In this document: positions 50,901-63,500 of the stretch, in pieces
Position numbering within the stretch: the stretch's first letter is position 1
How the letters are laid out: every line of letters starts with the position of its first letter
NCBI RefSeq assembly: GCF_910592395.1
Contig: NC_088308.1
Span: 2,728,001 to 2,792,000, forward strand
Direction of reading: 5' to 3'
Source of the DNA: Lineus longissimus
Taxonomy: Eukaryota
DNA length: 64,000 nucleotides
Notes under the pieces: generated by a model
What the model was told of the DNA's origin: nothing
Databases searched by the model: none
What the model saw: the letters and a program-made list of their open reading frames with translations, nothing else
Program-made: the position numbers and the translations under genes

Positions 50901-53900
50901 ACAACAAGGAGTACTCGGGAACATTAAAAAATGCTTCTGATCGTGCTTTCAGTTAAAAAAAATTAATGGAATTCTTTTTTACTCAAATGTACAGATCATG
51001 CAAATGACTGGGTGTGTAATTTGCGCCAAACGCGATGTCCCTACCACAGTTAATTGGTCATAATTACTAAACCAATGAACCAACCCTCGTAATTTCGTAA
51101 TTAAGAGTCATTATTGTAACTACTACAAATTTGAACGTGCAGGCAGCTTATTAAGCACACTGTATCATATGAAAATTGACTCTATGTATTTCTAAGTGCA
51201 ATAAAGCATTTCTTTAACACTTTGCAGCAATAGCTCCCAAAATACTTTGAGGAATGAGCAGTTCATTTTGACAGTCTCAATGGTTCCAGTGCTAATTCTA
51301 TCCCATCTCCCCCTATGGTGCTCCCCCACTTCTAAACCTGATTTGCTTATCTTTAAAATCTCAAAACGGCCAATGATTTTCAGCACAATGTGCACAGCTT
51401 TTTAAAAGAAATCAACCCTCAACATTAAATATCCGTTTTATCAATAACTGTGTCTGTTACAGCCAATTTTTTTTAAAAAGCAGCCATTATTGTTATCACA
51501 AAATTATGCCGCCCCTCAATCCCTCATCAACTTCCATAGTCATTATCTTCTCTGCATCAGAGGGTTAAGCAATTTAATCAGCAGCTACCCGGGTGAGGAC
51601 TTAATGCGCGTTTGCCACATATGTCAGTTGTCATTTGGGTCAAATATGAATTCATCAATCTCATTTGTATGCAGCAGGTGCCGTGTAATTAAGTGCTAAA
51701 TACACATCATCATCAAACTGGCAACAAAAAGACAAGCGAGAAAAAAGCTGAGGAGTGTACAAAATGATGTCCTATGAGAAATGATAGGGGAAACTTACCG
51801 AATAACCTGCCACTGGGCCAATACTGTGTCCTAGGTAGGGGTCTGTTGTGATGTCGCGACCAGGGTATCTGGAAAGGGAATCACTGAAAAATTAAGAAGC
51901 AGCCTGGTTAAACAATGCACTTAAGAAGCAGACCATGAACGACAATATTTCTTAAATGTCTTTGCATTCCGAGAAACAAACATGTACATGATATTTAGAG
52001 AGTATCATGTTAAAAATTAGTTGCATCCATAGCAACGCAAGGAAATCCTCACAGAATGATTAGCATGAAAATCTATCACCCCTGCCTGAGGATTGTGTAG
52101 AAATGGGAAGATCTCTCCAGATTACACAGCCATCATAATGGCACCCTCAAGCACTAAAATCTTTTCCAATCATGCTCAGAAAGTTTTTAAATGTTTTAGC
52201 TGCAAAGATGTGCTGGTGAGTAAAAAATCAGCAGCAGGGAACGAGGATTAAGACTTTTTCAAATTCAGCAGGAATTTTGTCTGTTCCATATTAGTTACGT
52301 ACTTTTTTTCTTTTTCTTTGTATTCTGATAGTTGTGCACTATTCTATACATAACGGGTATCAGCAAAGTTGCATGCACTAACTGCACAACAGCACAGTGT
52401 ACCATCGAAGTACATGAACTGTTCCACACAGTGGGTTTGTCTATGTACTTACCCGGCCATAGCATAGGTGGCGCCAGCAGGTGCTACAGCAGGTATGGCA
52501 TATCTTGAGACGGCCGTGGCATACCCGGCAGCTGCTGCATATGGCTGGAAGAAAAAGAAAACAGGTCAAACTACGAAATCCTTTCTTCAAAAGTGTGCGA
52601 TATTTTGCAGGCAACTGAATCGATCATCTGAATCTTCTTTTTGGGAGGCTTATAGCAAACTGATGAAAAGATCGCTGCACAAGAGAATGCCCCACGTCAT
52701 AATCATTCCCCCAAAGGTGTTCCTCATCCCCTGCAGTAAGCTTATTTGATTACCATGGATAATGAACGCCAAGAGGAAATCTCCAATACACCAACAATCC
52801 CATAGACTAAACCAAGCTGTCACAAGCTCCGTGAAATTCTGCGAGATAACTAACTTATTCTTAAGATTAACGGTGCTGATAACTTCGACACCACGATTCG
52901 TGGATAAAAATTTAATGAGAAATGCAGAAATGTTTGAAAAATCGTGAAATGGTTTGTTGGATGTAATTACATCAGCACCAGGTGTGCAATTGCAATGAGA
53001 ATGGATTTGAAAGTCATTCCAAATGCTGGAAACAACCCATTTTTGTGCCTTTTTATCTGAAGCGAGGAAATTGTCTTTGAAAAATCTTATTTTACATCAT
53101 CCTCTTTGCGCATCACCGGAACTTTAATTATTGATGCCATCATTCCACCCCTGCTTGAATTGGCACCAATCTGAATGGCAGAGACTCAGCCATTTCAATG
53201 CATAACTTAACGCAAAACTTTTACACATGATTAGAACAGTCCGTTAAGACTTTTTAGTTGAAACTATTTATCTCATTGTAGTTTTTTCCCCAAAGTTTGG
53301 ACGAATCTATGGCTGTGGCTACTGTCAGACCAATTACATTGCGAGAAGGCAATGAATAATGTACAGGGGCTTTACCACATGGAGGCTAATACTGGCAGAG
53401 AGAATTTGCCAGAGTATTATGTCTGCTTGGAGAATGATTTTACATCCGACACGGCTGGGGCCATTTTCATGAACAAGGAGTAGATAAAAGTGTCTTATTC
53501 ATTTCCCTCAAGGGAATAGCCATTGAATTGCGGAAATAATGAGCCCCTCTTCTTTGATTAGTCTTTCTACATCTGACCATCTGAACTGGATCAAACCAGC
53601 TCAGCAATAACAACTCACTTCGCCTGGTAGATAACGGCAGACTTAGAAACACTCCGCGAGAAGCCAGTGAGGTATTGGATACACGGAAAGATTATGTGAG
53701 CTCGTTACCTACGGAACCCATCATCAAATTGTCAGCCATATTGATGACGTGATGAACATAGGTCGCCCTAAGATATCAGCAGTTAAATGAATGGTGATTA
53801 CTAATGCGGGAAAAGAGGCATTTGAAATTGGAACTTTTGACAGAAGATATCTCAGAAATAGTTTTTATTCACCTTTGCTCATTATTATAGTGATTAGAGA

Positions 53901-56900
53901 CAAGAAGTTTGCATCCTAATGGTATTTGATTAAAATGTACTTTGTACTTCGTGATCAAATTGATAGCCCAATTGTTAGTCATTGACAAATTTCGAGGAAG
54001 GGGAATTGCAACTTCCTTGCCAGGAAATGCCATTCAAGTAATCAGAAATGACATTCTTGATCAGTTGGTGCTGTCAATGGGGCTTTTGTCCACCCTCAAT
54101 GTTAATTTTCTCAGGTATTGCACAGTTCAAGACAGCCCTGTAAAGCAAAGCTATGATATGTCATCCAATAATGTATCAGATGCAACCTGATTCTATTGTC
54201 AACGAATGCTAGCCAGAAACTCAGAAGACATGGATTGGCCAACTGCAAATAATGTGTCCTAATAAGCTACAACACTACCAGTAGCATATTGTTGTTGTCA
54301 TTAATATCGCAACGTTTCTTACCTGGTATCTGTCTGTATATGTGGCTAGAAAAGGATCTTGATACACACCCCTGTAAAAGAGACAAAATCGTATTATGGG
54401 TGAGATTAACCTGGCTGAGGGCCAGAATAAGGACCCTCACATCTTAGGATGAAGGCACAAGGGCACAGTCCTCAAGCCAGCACCCTTTACATGGAGGCCC
54501 TGATCACCAATGCAAGAGAGATTGACAAGACTCGATACGTATCCCTGTATATATAAATTTTATAGAGATGCCATCTTGACCTAGCCATGATACCTTGGGG
54601 ACAGTCATAAGGACCCTCATGCTCAATATGAAGGAGTCGCAATCCTAAGGGGCAATGTCAGATATCGTCTGGAACGTGAGGGCCTGATCAAACCATCGCC
54701 ACAGAGATCACTAACAAGGTACTCTAAGATTAGAGAGATGTGATAAAAAAATGCCTTCTGGCAGTGGCGTTTGACCAGACAGAGAATCCCACTACTTATC
54801 ACAGAAAGTCTAACTGCTGCCTTCTGACAAGAGGTTCCCAAGGTACAAGGCTAGGGAAGGTCTCACAAAATCTTTTGAAGTGAACCAAGCATATTTTTTT
54901 TCACTTAAGGTAGGCAGAGGGTTCATAGATGTGAACAAAATCACACTTCATGGCATAAAGATAAGTTTGAGACACTCCCTTAGGAGAAATCACCTTATCA
55001 CAGTGATAACACAATGATGGTATGCAGATCTAAGGCTACAGACCTTGAAGGGATGAAGACATACATTTCTTCATTTCAGCAGATAAGCTCTTTGAGGATA
55101 TAGAAAAGCTTGTCTTCTCTTCTGTGGCGTCTTTTCAAGCATGACACATTTTGTTGATAAAGCAGCCAGGCTTTTGGAGCATACTAAATATCATGACCTT
55201 CAAATTGAGACCGACTGTAGGAGCATCACTTGGACTGATGATTTGTCTTTGTTAGACAGTGAAAGTGCATACCCCAGCATGCCATCATTGAAAGGGGAAA
55301 TAAACGTACAGACAATGGGTCAACTGATAGCCCAGATGGATTTCATTAGTGTTTCGTTGGGTATTGTATATCTCCGATAGTCTAGCTAACCACAGTCAGA
55401 ATACATCATTACACCGGCCAGCTGAGCAAATTTAGCTGTGTATGTGATCTAATTGCATTGGGGAAGTATTTGGGATTGCCAGATCGGGGTCCCGATGTCT
55501 GGTCATCACCCACACTGTAAGCAAAGAAACTTAACAGTATATTGGGGTGTCTGATAATGGCAAACACTTAACAATGTTGGACCAGACAAAGCAATTAATC
55601 ATTGGATTAGGTTCAGTGTTATTCAACACGGCTATTTCTTGTCTAATCCCTTCAAAACACTTTTCATGGAAAATGTTGGGAAATAGAATGAATTTCAGGG
55701 AACCGGATCCCCAAAGGAAACCAATTCTATCAGAAAAAGTCTCCATCTCAGGAACTGGCCAGATCCAACCTATGACAACAAACCTTACAAAGGCTGATGA
55801 TAACACAGAAAAGTGACCTTTACTACCCAATGATAGCTTGAGTGCGAAATTTTCTGTCATGAAATTCTGGTGAAAAGCTTATACTAACGGTGTATATGGC
55901 AAGGCTGTGGCTGTGGCTAAGGGATTTGGATGCCTAAATGCTGCTGCTGCTGCGGCCGCTTGGGCAGTTAACGGTCTACGTGCCGCGGCTGCTGCTGCTG
56001 TTGCTAGTTGACCTCGTTGGAATACCGTTCCTCGTAACGCTGCAGCTGTAAAGAAAGATGGTATAGTGTTATACTTCTAGAATTTTGTCCATTGTTCAAG
56101 ATACACAGGGGTCTCTACTATCTTACCGTTTATTGAAACCATCCACGTTTGTATGAGGAATGAATCACTGAATCAAACACAATCCATTCCCCAACTGTGA
56201 TCTAAAGACCACTATTCTGACCCCTTGATGCCTATAGTCCCCCTTTAAGTTATAACCAGCTGCAGTTAGTTGGCTTGCCATAAATCACCATACACTCCTT
56301 AGGAGATACAGGCAAGCATACCGGTGGCACCCCGCATAGTTCCACCAGTGAAACACTTCAAACCAACCTGCCTCTGGAGCCAACAGGATCATTTGATATC
56401 TAGATGGATAAAGCGTGTAGAGGTTCAATGCCAATGTAAACTCATTAATCTAACCGACCATCGATTGAGGTGAATCGAGTGAATCAAGTTAGTAGAGAAA
56501 TCATTCATCAATGGCGGGAAGTTCTGATCATGATGTTTAACATCAATTGACAGCTTTTATAAACATTTATCAACAAGCAGGTGGGTCTGGCACTGTTTAT
56601 GTTGGATGGTAACTTTGGAATGAATTATCAATGCGTAAATGTTCAATTTGTGTCATAGAATTCTTGGTAACAAACATTAAGGCAGATTAATTAGAGCTAA
56701 TATCAACCTTATGGAGATTTAAAGCCGTCTGAGTTTATTTTTCCCCTGAATTATTTGTCTTAAGTTATAGGTCTTAGCCTACCAACTGCATACCTTCATG
56801 TGATTGGTTTTCAAAGCATGATATATAACTTTTTCCTGAATTTGAAACTAGTCATTTAAAACAGACCAATCCCCCTACACACACACACCACCATGTCGCT

Positions 56901-57519
56901 TCTGTTAAGACAGGCATTTTGAAACATTCTAAACAAATCACCCAGGATGAAGAGAAAAACAGCCAATTAATTTACTAATGAAGCACTTAGTTTATAGGCA
57001 ACTTAAGGGCTTTAACCTTTAAAAAACACCATGATTTTTGATGAGCCTTCTCCCCTGGGGCTGCCATCTCATTTTGTCAACATCATTAACAGTTTCCAGT
57101 TAGCATCAATTCCTTTGGCAAATAACATCAGTTCACTCTTAACTTATTTCTTGATATAAGTAAACTAACTGTGTGATACTTCTGATCAATGCAGTAACTG
57201 ATCTGTTCGCTTTACATTCAAAATATGTGCAGTGATCTCCACCAGTCATTTTTAACAGATTGGCATAAACGTTATCGTGAAAAAGAATTTCCTGTCAACA
57301 ATAAATGGTTCAAAAGCAAAAATGGAAAAAATAATCAAGGGGAATTTTAACTCGCTGGAAGGGGCCAAATGTTGAAAATACAAATGGAGAACACTGGACT
57401 TAACAGGTCAAAGAAAGAAGTGGAAAATTGGGAGATAACGTACCAGCAGGATACATACCGTTTGGAATCGTTGGTGTGACCGTCTTTTTTGTCATAACTC
57501 GCGCGGTTGCATTATTCAC
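44953..57519 (-). CDS. RBFOX1: RNA-binding protein Fox-1 homolog (RBFOX/A2BP1 family), last six coding exons; most of the RRM and the N-terminus lie beyond the window
   Basis: Phase-consistent minus-strand exons: 57519-57459 (or to 57444) VNNATARVMTKKTVTPTIPN; 56045-55889 AAALRGTVFQRG..AAAF..LPYTP; 54371-54323 GVYQDPFLATYTDRYQ; 52544-52453 PYAAAAGYATAVSRYAIP..YAMAG; 51868-51799 YPGRDITTDPYLGHSIGPVAGYS; 44997-44953 PTVYRGGYQRFSPY*. VNNATARV (RRM end), DPYLGHSIGP and YRGGY.RF.PY are RBFOX hallmarks. The symbol denotes the family, not a specific vertebrate paralogue. Confidence 0.93.
48755..48944. mobile_element. 190-bp MITE-like element with 37-bp TIRs in the last RBFOX intron
   Basis: 48755-48791 TGTGACCCGTCACAGCAAAACCAGGCGCTTGTCGCAC is the reverse complement of 48908-48944 at 35/37 positions. 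Confidence 0.75.
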
Positions 57520-60500
57520 CTAAACGCAATGTATCAGATAGTCAGTAATGAATTCAGCTACGAAACTCATACCATAACCAGCGAACCTTTGGATCAAAAC
57601 TAATTTCGCTTACGTAATTCCTTTAACAATTATAATCAATTTTGTTTCATCCAAGTTACAAAAGAGTTTGTCCAAATGAGTCTTTTTGTTAAAAAGATAA
57701 GCTCCATAGAATGCTAATTATGGAAATCAAAGATTTTGACTTGTGTTTGAATTTTGTATTGGAAACAAAAGGAATCAATAGGTTTTCCATTTCTTAAGTC
57801 TCACTGTGGAAGAGAAGGTCAAACTATGACGATCATAGAGGCTCAAATGATTGAAATTATATGGTTCACTAAACAAATGCTCAATTTAGAAATTCTCAAG
57901 TCTGCATTTTTTCATCAATAAGATATGATTACATTAACTTATGGTATGTATCTGGTAACTTTTTAATTGGCAGAATTTTCCAAGATGTATGTTTCAATGA
58001 AGATTGCGCTTTTTATTCAAGGAAGGTTCACTGGTTAGGTGCGCTGAAACGAAATAGGAAATTATGCATGACATCCCTGGCACGGTATTTAATCAACCTC
58101 CATTTAGCGGTTCCTGCTAACGGAATACCAATAACGTACGCTGACAGGCACCGCTGGAATTTTGCTATCGTTTCATTACGGAACCAACGCTTGGAATAAA
58201 TTAATCTTCCTTACATCAAACGTTCAACTTTACCAATTGCCACTGCACATTTATGTGTTGGGAAAGTCATCAAGATTAAGATGTAGCGTAATGACATAAC
58301 TTGTCAGCACGCTCAGTTAAATTTCCGTCTTAATGCACAAAAGTTCAAATTTACCAATCGCGATTACACATTTCAATACCATGTGACATCCTCTCAGAAG
58401 ACAAGGATCGCGAGATGTTCTTTAATTAGAAACCTGTCAATGTGATCAGTGAAATCTCAAAGGATGATTGATACAGTTTTCACAGAAACACACGATATTC
58501 ATCGACTTGCATTCTGCATCGCGTTTCTGCAATTGGTTATCTTCAAGATTTTAAACGAAGATCATTTTTTGACTCAGTCCTGGATAATGCCACATGAGCT
58601 TTCAAATCTCAACAGAGACAATACAACACCTCCATGATTTGCTAACGGTATCATATTTTCTTCAATTCTCACATATCGCTGATGAACTGACAGGTCTTAC
58701 ATGAAGTTGCACAAATATTTCCATGGTCTGTCTCTTGGGTTGGTCACCATTATAGATCTGTTCGCGAAATAGCAATCTTGTCATAGGAATTGATATCTTA
58801 CATTGCAAGCAGTTCACTTCCGATATTTGCAGCGCTATAGATTTCACTCAGAAATGGCCTATCATTTCTCACCAAGATAAGTGGTTTTCAGTGATATTAA
58901 AAGGTGTGCCAGGGATGTTCGAGTTGTCTGCACATAACGCAATAAATTACATCATAAAAGGCAATAATGTACCCAGCAGAAATGGTGAAATTGGTTATTT
59001 GAAGAAATAAGCAAATTATTGAAGAGTGGCAATTTTACTGTGCTCACTATAAAAACCGAAGTTAACTTTCATCATCATTAGCCTAAAAGGAAAAATCGTG
59101 AACCCACATATACACAATTAAGTCCCTCCAAAAATGAAATTATCAGTAGGGTAATTATGATTTGTATCCGGAAGCTAGAGTTGCCCGCTGCCGATAATAA
59201 TCTAAATTGTGCCTTGCAGCATCTCATATTGTTATGTATTCATTTCTATATACAAAAGTTAACCACTCACTAAGAAATAAGAGAAATTGTTTTATCAAAT
59301 TAGGAACATATGAAAATGTTGCTGCCAGAGGCAAGTCATTTTTTATGAATATCTTATCATAAACACATCAATATGCCGATAAAAGGAAAGGAACATCATT
59401 TTTTTGTGAAGTTACTTTCTTGTTGACATCATTTTGTAATTGGACCTGTGCTGAATGTTAGTATAAGATTGAAAAATGTTGGAAGCAAAAAGCATAAGCT
59501 ATTGAAATATTTCTGCTGAGTACATCAAGTTGGGCATAAGAATAAAAGTTTAGATTGTTATTGGTAAACGAATACCAAAACACAAGATTCAGCTTGTGCT
59601 ACACTGTGTAAAGGACACTGCAAATATATTTGAGAAAATACAGATTTGAATCAAATATTTTCCAAAAAACTATAAACAAAATGGCATTTCCTTGCCAATG
59701 TTGAAATCACCGTACTGAAAAAATATGCTAAACTTTACAATTTATTCTTACAGCCCAGAATGAGTCAATCACATCATGGATCCATTAATTAACTAATTAT
59801 AGTTAATTAGTGTATACATGGTGTTGCTAGAATACTAACATACATACTCTACTGTAGCCAGAAACCTCAGCATAATTAGTGCTTTTATTTTAATCCTAAG
59901 ACTTTTATCACAAGATTAATATCACAATTGCAATCAATAACTTTTTTATCACAATCAATAAAACTCCTACTGCTATCTATATCACTTTCAAAAGGACTGG
60001 AAATAACCTAAAGATATTGTAAACAAATTGTTAATTAAAATGGTTTTTTCAAGGCATTCTCCAGGACAATGATTACTCATTGATGCATATTAGGTGATGC
60101 TATTGATTTCAATGTCACAAGAAACCTAATCAAGGCAGACCCCATAGCATTGCTCCTGAGCATTTCACCAGTTTTACTGGAACCATGAAAGGTACACACT
60201 TCAGACTGCAAATGTAGTGGTTACTTTTTCTCATTAGGTTGAAATAGAACTTCCCGATTACATTTGTTCACTTTTGTTAACGATTTACAACCTGCTTTTA
60301 ACAAATCTTTTGGACAAAAGGTAACATAATTATCACCAATGGCTAACCATTGTTGTGCTAATACCCAACTCTTTCAAACCATTCAACACAGAGTTCACTT
60401 TGCAAGGATTAGTGTTAAGGTCTTTTCATTACCGGTATATCTTATACAATTGAAATGATTGTCATTGAGTTAGTTACCTTGTAGAAAAAGCATGTCACTT

Positions 60501-63500
60501 TACAGACTAGGTTATTTAATCTTCCTTTGTTTAGAATATCAATTCATTCTTGCAGTAGTTTGAATGGATATGTTGGGTGAAAGTACATGTATATCTTAAA
60601 CTGATTCAGTCCTATCTTAGACAGGCATCTTTAAAGCAATCCTGTACCCCATGGTTTTATACTCCCTTTAAATGTTGCCGGGGTATATCTCGATAAGATG
60701 AAAAAACCTTGGTGGTCAAGATGCTTCAAAGCAGACCATGGTGATTATTGACTCCAAGTCACCAGATACAATCATGTATAATAATGCAGTGCAAAAAGAA
60801 CATTGGTCAGGAAGATCATGATGAGAGGAGAAATTACCATAACTGTGAATAAATGACCCAAAATACAAAAGTGCCCCTCATTATCATGCCCATTTTCCAT
60901 TTTTTGTTCGGGTGACAGGAAGAGAAGAGATGCCAGAAGATTGCCTAAAGTAGTATATGGTATCCTAATTTGGCAGAGGGATCTAAAAGTGACAGAGGTG
61001 TATGAAACAGTACAGCCTCCAGTCGAAGGTCATATAGGAATCGTTCAAAGGTCGCGCAGCAAGCCCATGGTGGCTGAGCAATAAGATGATTGGATTCTCT
61101 TGTGGACACACCAGCAGATGGTTATTATTAGATACATCATGGACTGGTGAGGCACATCTCCAGGATTGTCCAATGATGTCTCTTGTAATGGACAGGGAAG
61201 ACATCCAGGGGCGGAGGAAACATTAGTTTTCTAGCCAACTGCTAACACAGGTCGTGGCTGGCTAATTCGATTTGAAGGGAGTTTTCACTTAACTATTTCA
61301 AAACGTATCTCCAACCTTGAAATCTGAGCTACGAACACGACAGGTTTTTCTAGATAAGACAAGAAATTAAGTTCATCACTAGCCAAAGTGTGTCTCAACT
61401 TGTTTGACACAAGAAATCAATTCAGGTTTGTTGTCAAAGTTCCATTGACTTAATCAGTAAATTAGCTTCTTGAAACTTCAAAATTCAAGTCACGTTTCAG
61501 CCAACCCATCACAGCTACAAAGGAGCTATAGATAGAATCAACACAAATCGATTCATCTGCATCAATTCAAGTGTAATCTTTAGCGCGCTTGTTGACATCA
61601 CGATCTGGCTACTCCATTGGCTAATTTGAACATATGTGTTAGGGATAAGCTTGCGTGTGACAGATCATTCGTTATCCAGCTTACTTGTGGAGTTTGAGTC
61701 CATATTTGCTTATTTCACTGGCTTATTCTTTCGGCAATTTGATGATTCTTATCATCAATCAAATTTGATGACATTTAGTATGGCTGCACTCACAACATCG
61801 CATTACTTTAAGTTGGAAAAATGTTCCAACCAACTTTATTTTGTAAAAACTTGCAAACTTTTAACCTGTTTGAAAATGCTTTAATTCAACCAGAACTTAA
61901 TAAGTGGACACTGTCATTTGTGCCGAGGCAACAGGCAACAGATTAATAAAGACTCTCATCAACTGTGCAAATGAAATTGTAACTTTTCCAAAGCAGTCAC
62001 ATTTCTGTCGAAGTCATTGCTTAGAATCACTCACAAATCTCATTTTGTTGAAGCACATATCGATGTGAGGTCCTTGTCTAGCACTACTCTACGCTAACAC
62101 TAGGTATAGGCCTGGACTTTTTCAAGGGTACATCAAAATCCTACCTACAATACATTACATATTCAATGGATGTGCAGACAACCACAATAACAACAATATA
62201 CAATGCGAAATATCATAGTTTGATTGAAAATTATCTTGCCACATGTGAAGAACCTTTTGCAGGTCAACTATTTTGTCACCAGGATAGAAATTATTGCACA
62301 TTAGGTCAACTCTTTGTCAGCAGCAGAGAACGTCTCACATATAAGGTCAGGTTTTGTCGCCAGCTGTTAGGTAAACTATTTTGCTAAATCTTCTGTTTTT
62401 CAAAAGAAAAACGTCTGATGAACTGTTTTGTCATCAGTGAACCATCAGAAAAAGTTACTTACATATCCTGTAAAGCAACTGAGATCGAGATATGTAAACG
62501 GTCCATTCATTTTGGATTCAATAAGCCGACTGAATCCACAAGATTGGCAGCTCAAATTGACCTAAAGTAAGCACATTAGGGCACCAATCAGCCATCCCGG
62601 ACATGTTGATTGTGACGTTGAAGAGAGCCAAGCCGCAATACGGTCATTGCCAAACATTGTTTACAGCAATACCAATAACAAGCTTATTTCCTCTGCAACG
62701 TGTTGCCGATGGAATTTTGTTAGGTTCCAGATCTGTGGAGACCGAATCAACATTAAGCTCATCGAAGCTGTGGCACCGTTCTCCATCGGCGTTGGTCGTT
62801 CATACAATCATAGTTGATGAAGAAACGGGATAGGTAGATCAACATCTTGCCAGGGTGGATAATGGACCACTCGTTGGTCAATATTGATCGGGAAAATCTC
62901 CCGGAGATAGCGTGCCCTAATGCATAGGTCAATTTCATTAGGGGCTTGGATCTCATCTGAGTGACATTGTTAAAGTGCACTATCTTAGAAGCAGCGCATC
63001 ACCAATGCTCATATTAAACTGCTCATAAACATAATCTTAAAGTTTTCTCCACAATAGCATTGTATTCATTTCTTCAAAGTACCTTTTTTAAGATTAACAG
63101 CAGTGTATTCACAATGGTTGTTCTCCCTATCCAAGACATTCTCACTCCCTCACAAAGTGACTGTCCTCTAATGTGAGATGGAACAGGACCAGCATGTCAA
63201 TGACTGTGGGAGACGATCAAGAACAATACAGCAGTCACCCATTTGACTGATTAGCCATGATCCTCATCTCACCCATTACCAACCCAGCCCCAGTCAAACG
63301 ACTCCTTTCCTCTCATTTCTGGAATACCTAACTACCATCCGTGAGGTTAGCTTATGAAGGAGACCATTAGGAAGAAGAAGATTGATTTACCACATGAAGG
63401 CTAGTGTAAATCATTACAAAGGAGAGAATCAAGGTTGTTGACGATTATTGGTCATGTTCTTGGCAAGGTTACGACTTTTTAGATTCTGTAGCCAAATGTC

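Noticed and set aside
58065..58070. TGCATG between helices 1 and 2 as an RBFOX site
   Set aside because: It is on the plus strand, antisense to the RBFOX pre-mRNA.
60471..60495. Recursive splice site (pyrimidine tract-AAG|GTAACT on the minus strand)
   Set aside because: The AAG acceptor and non-consensus donor are weak; expected by chance.
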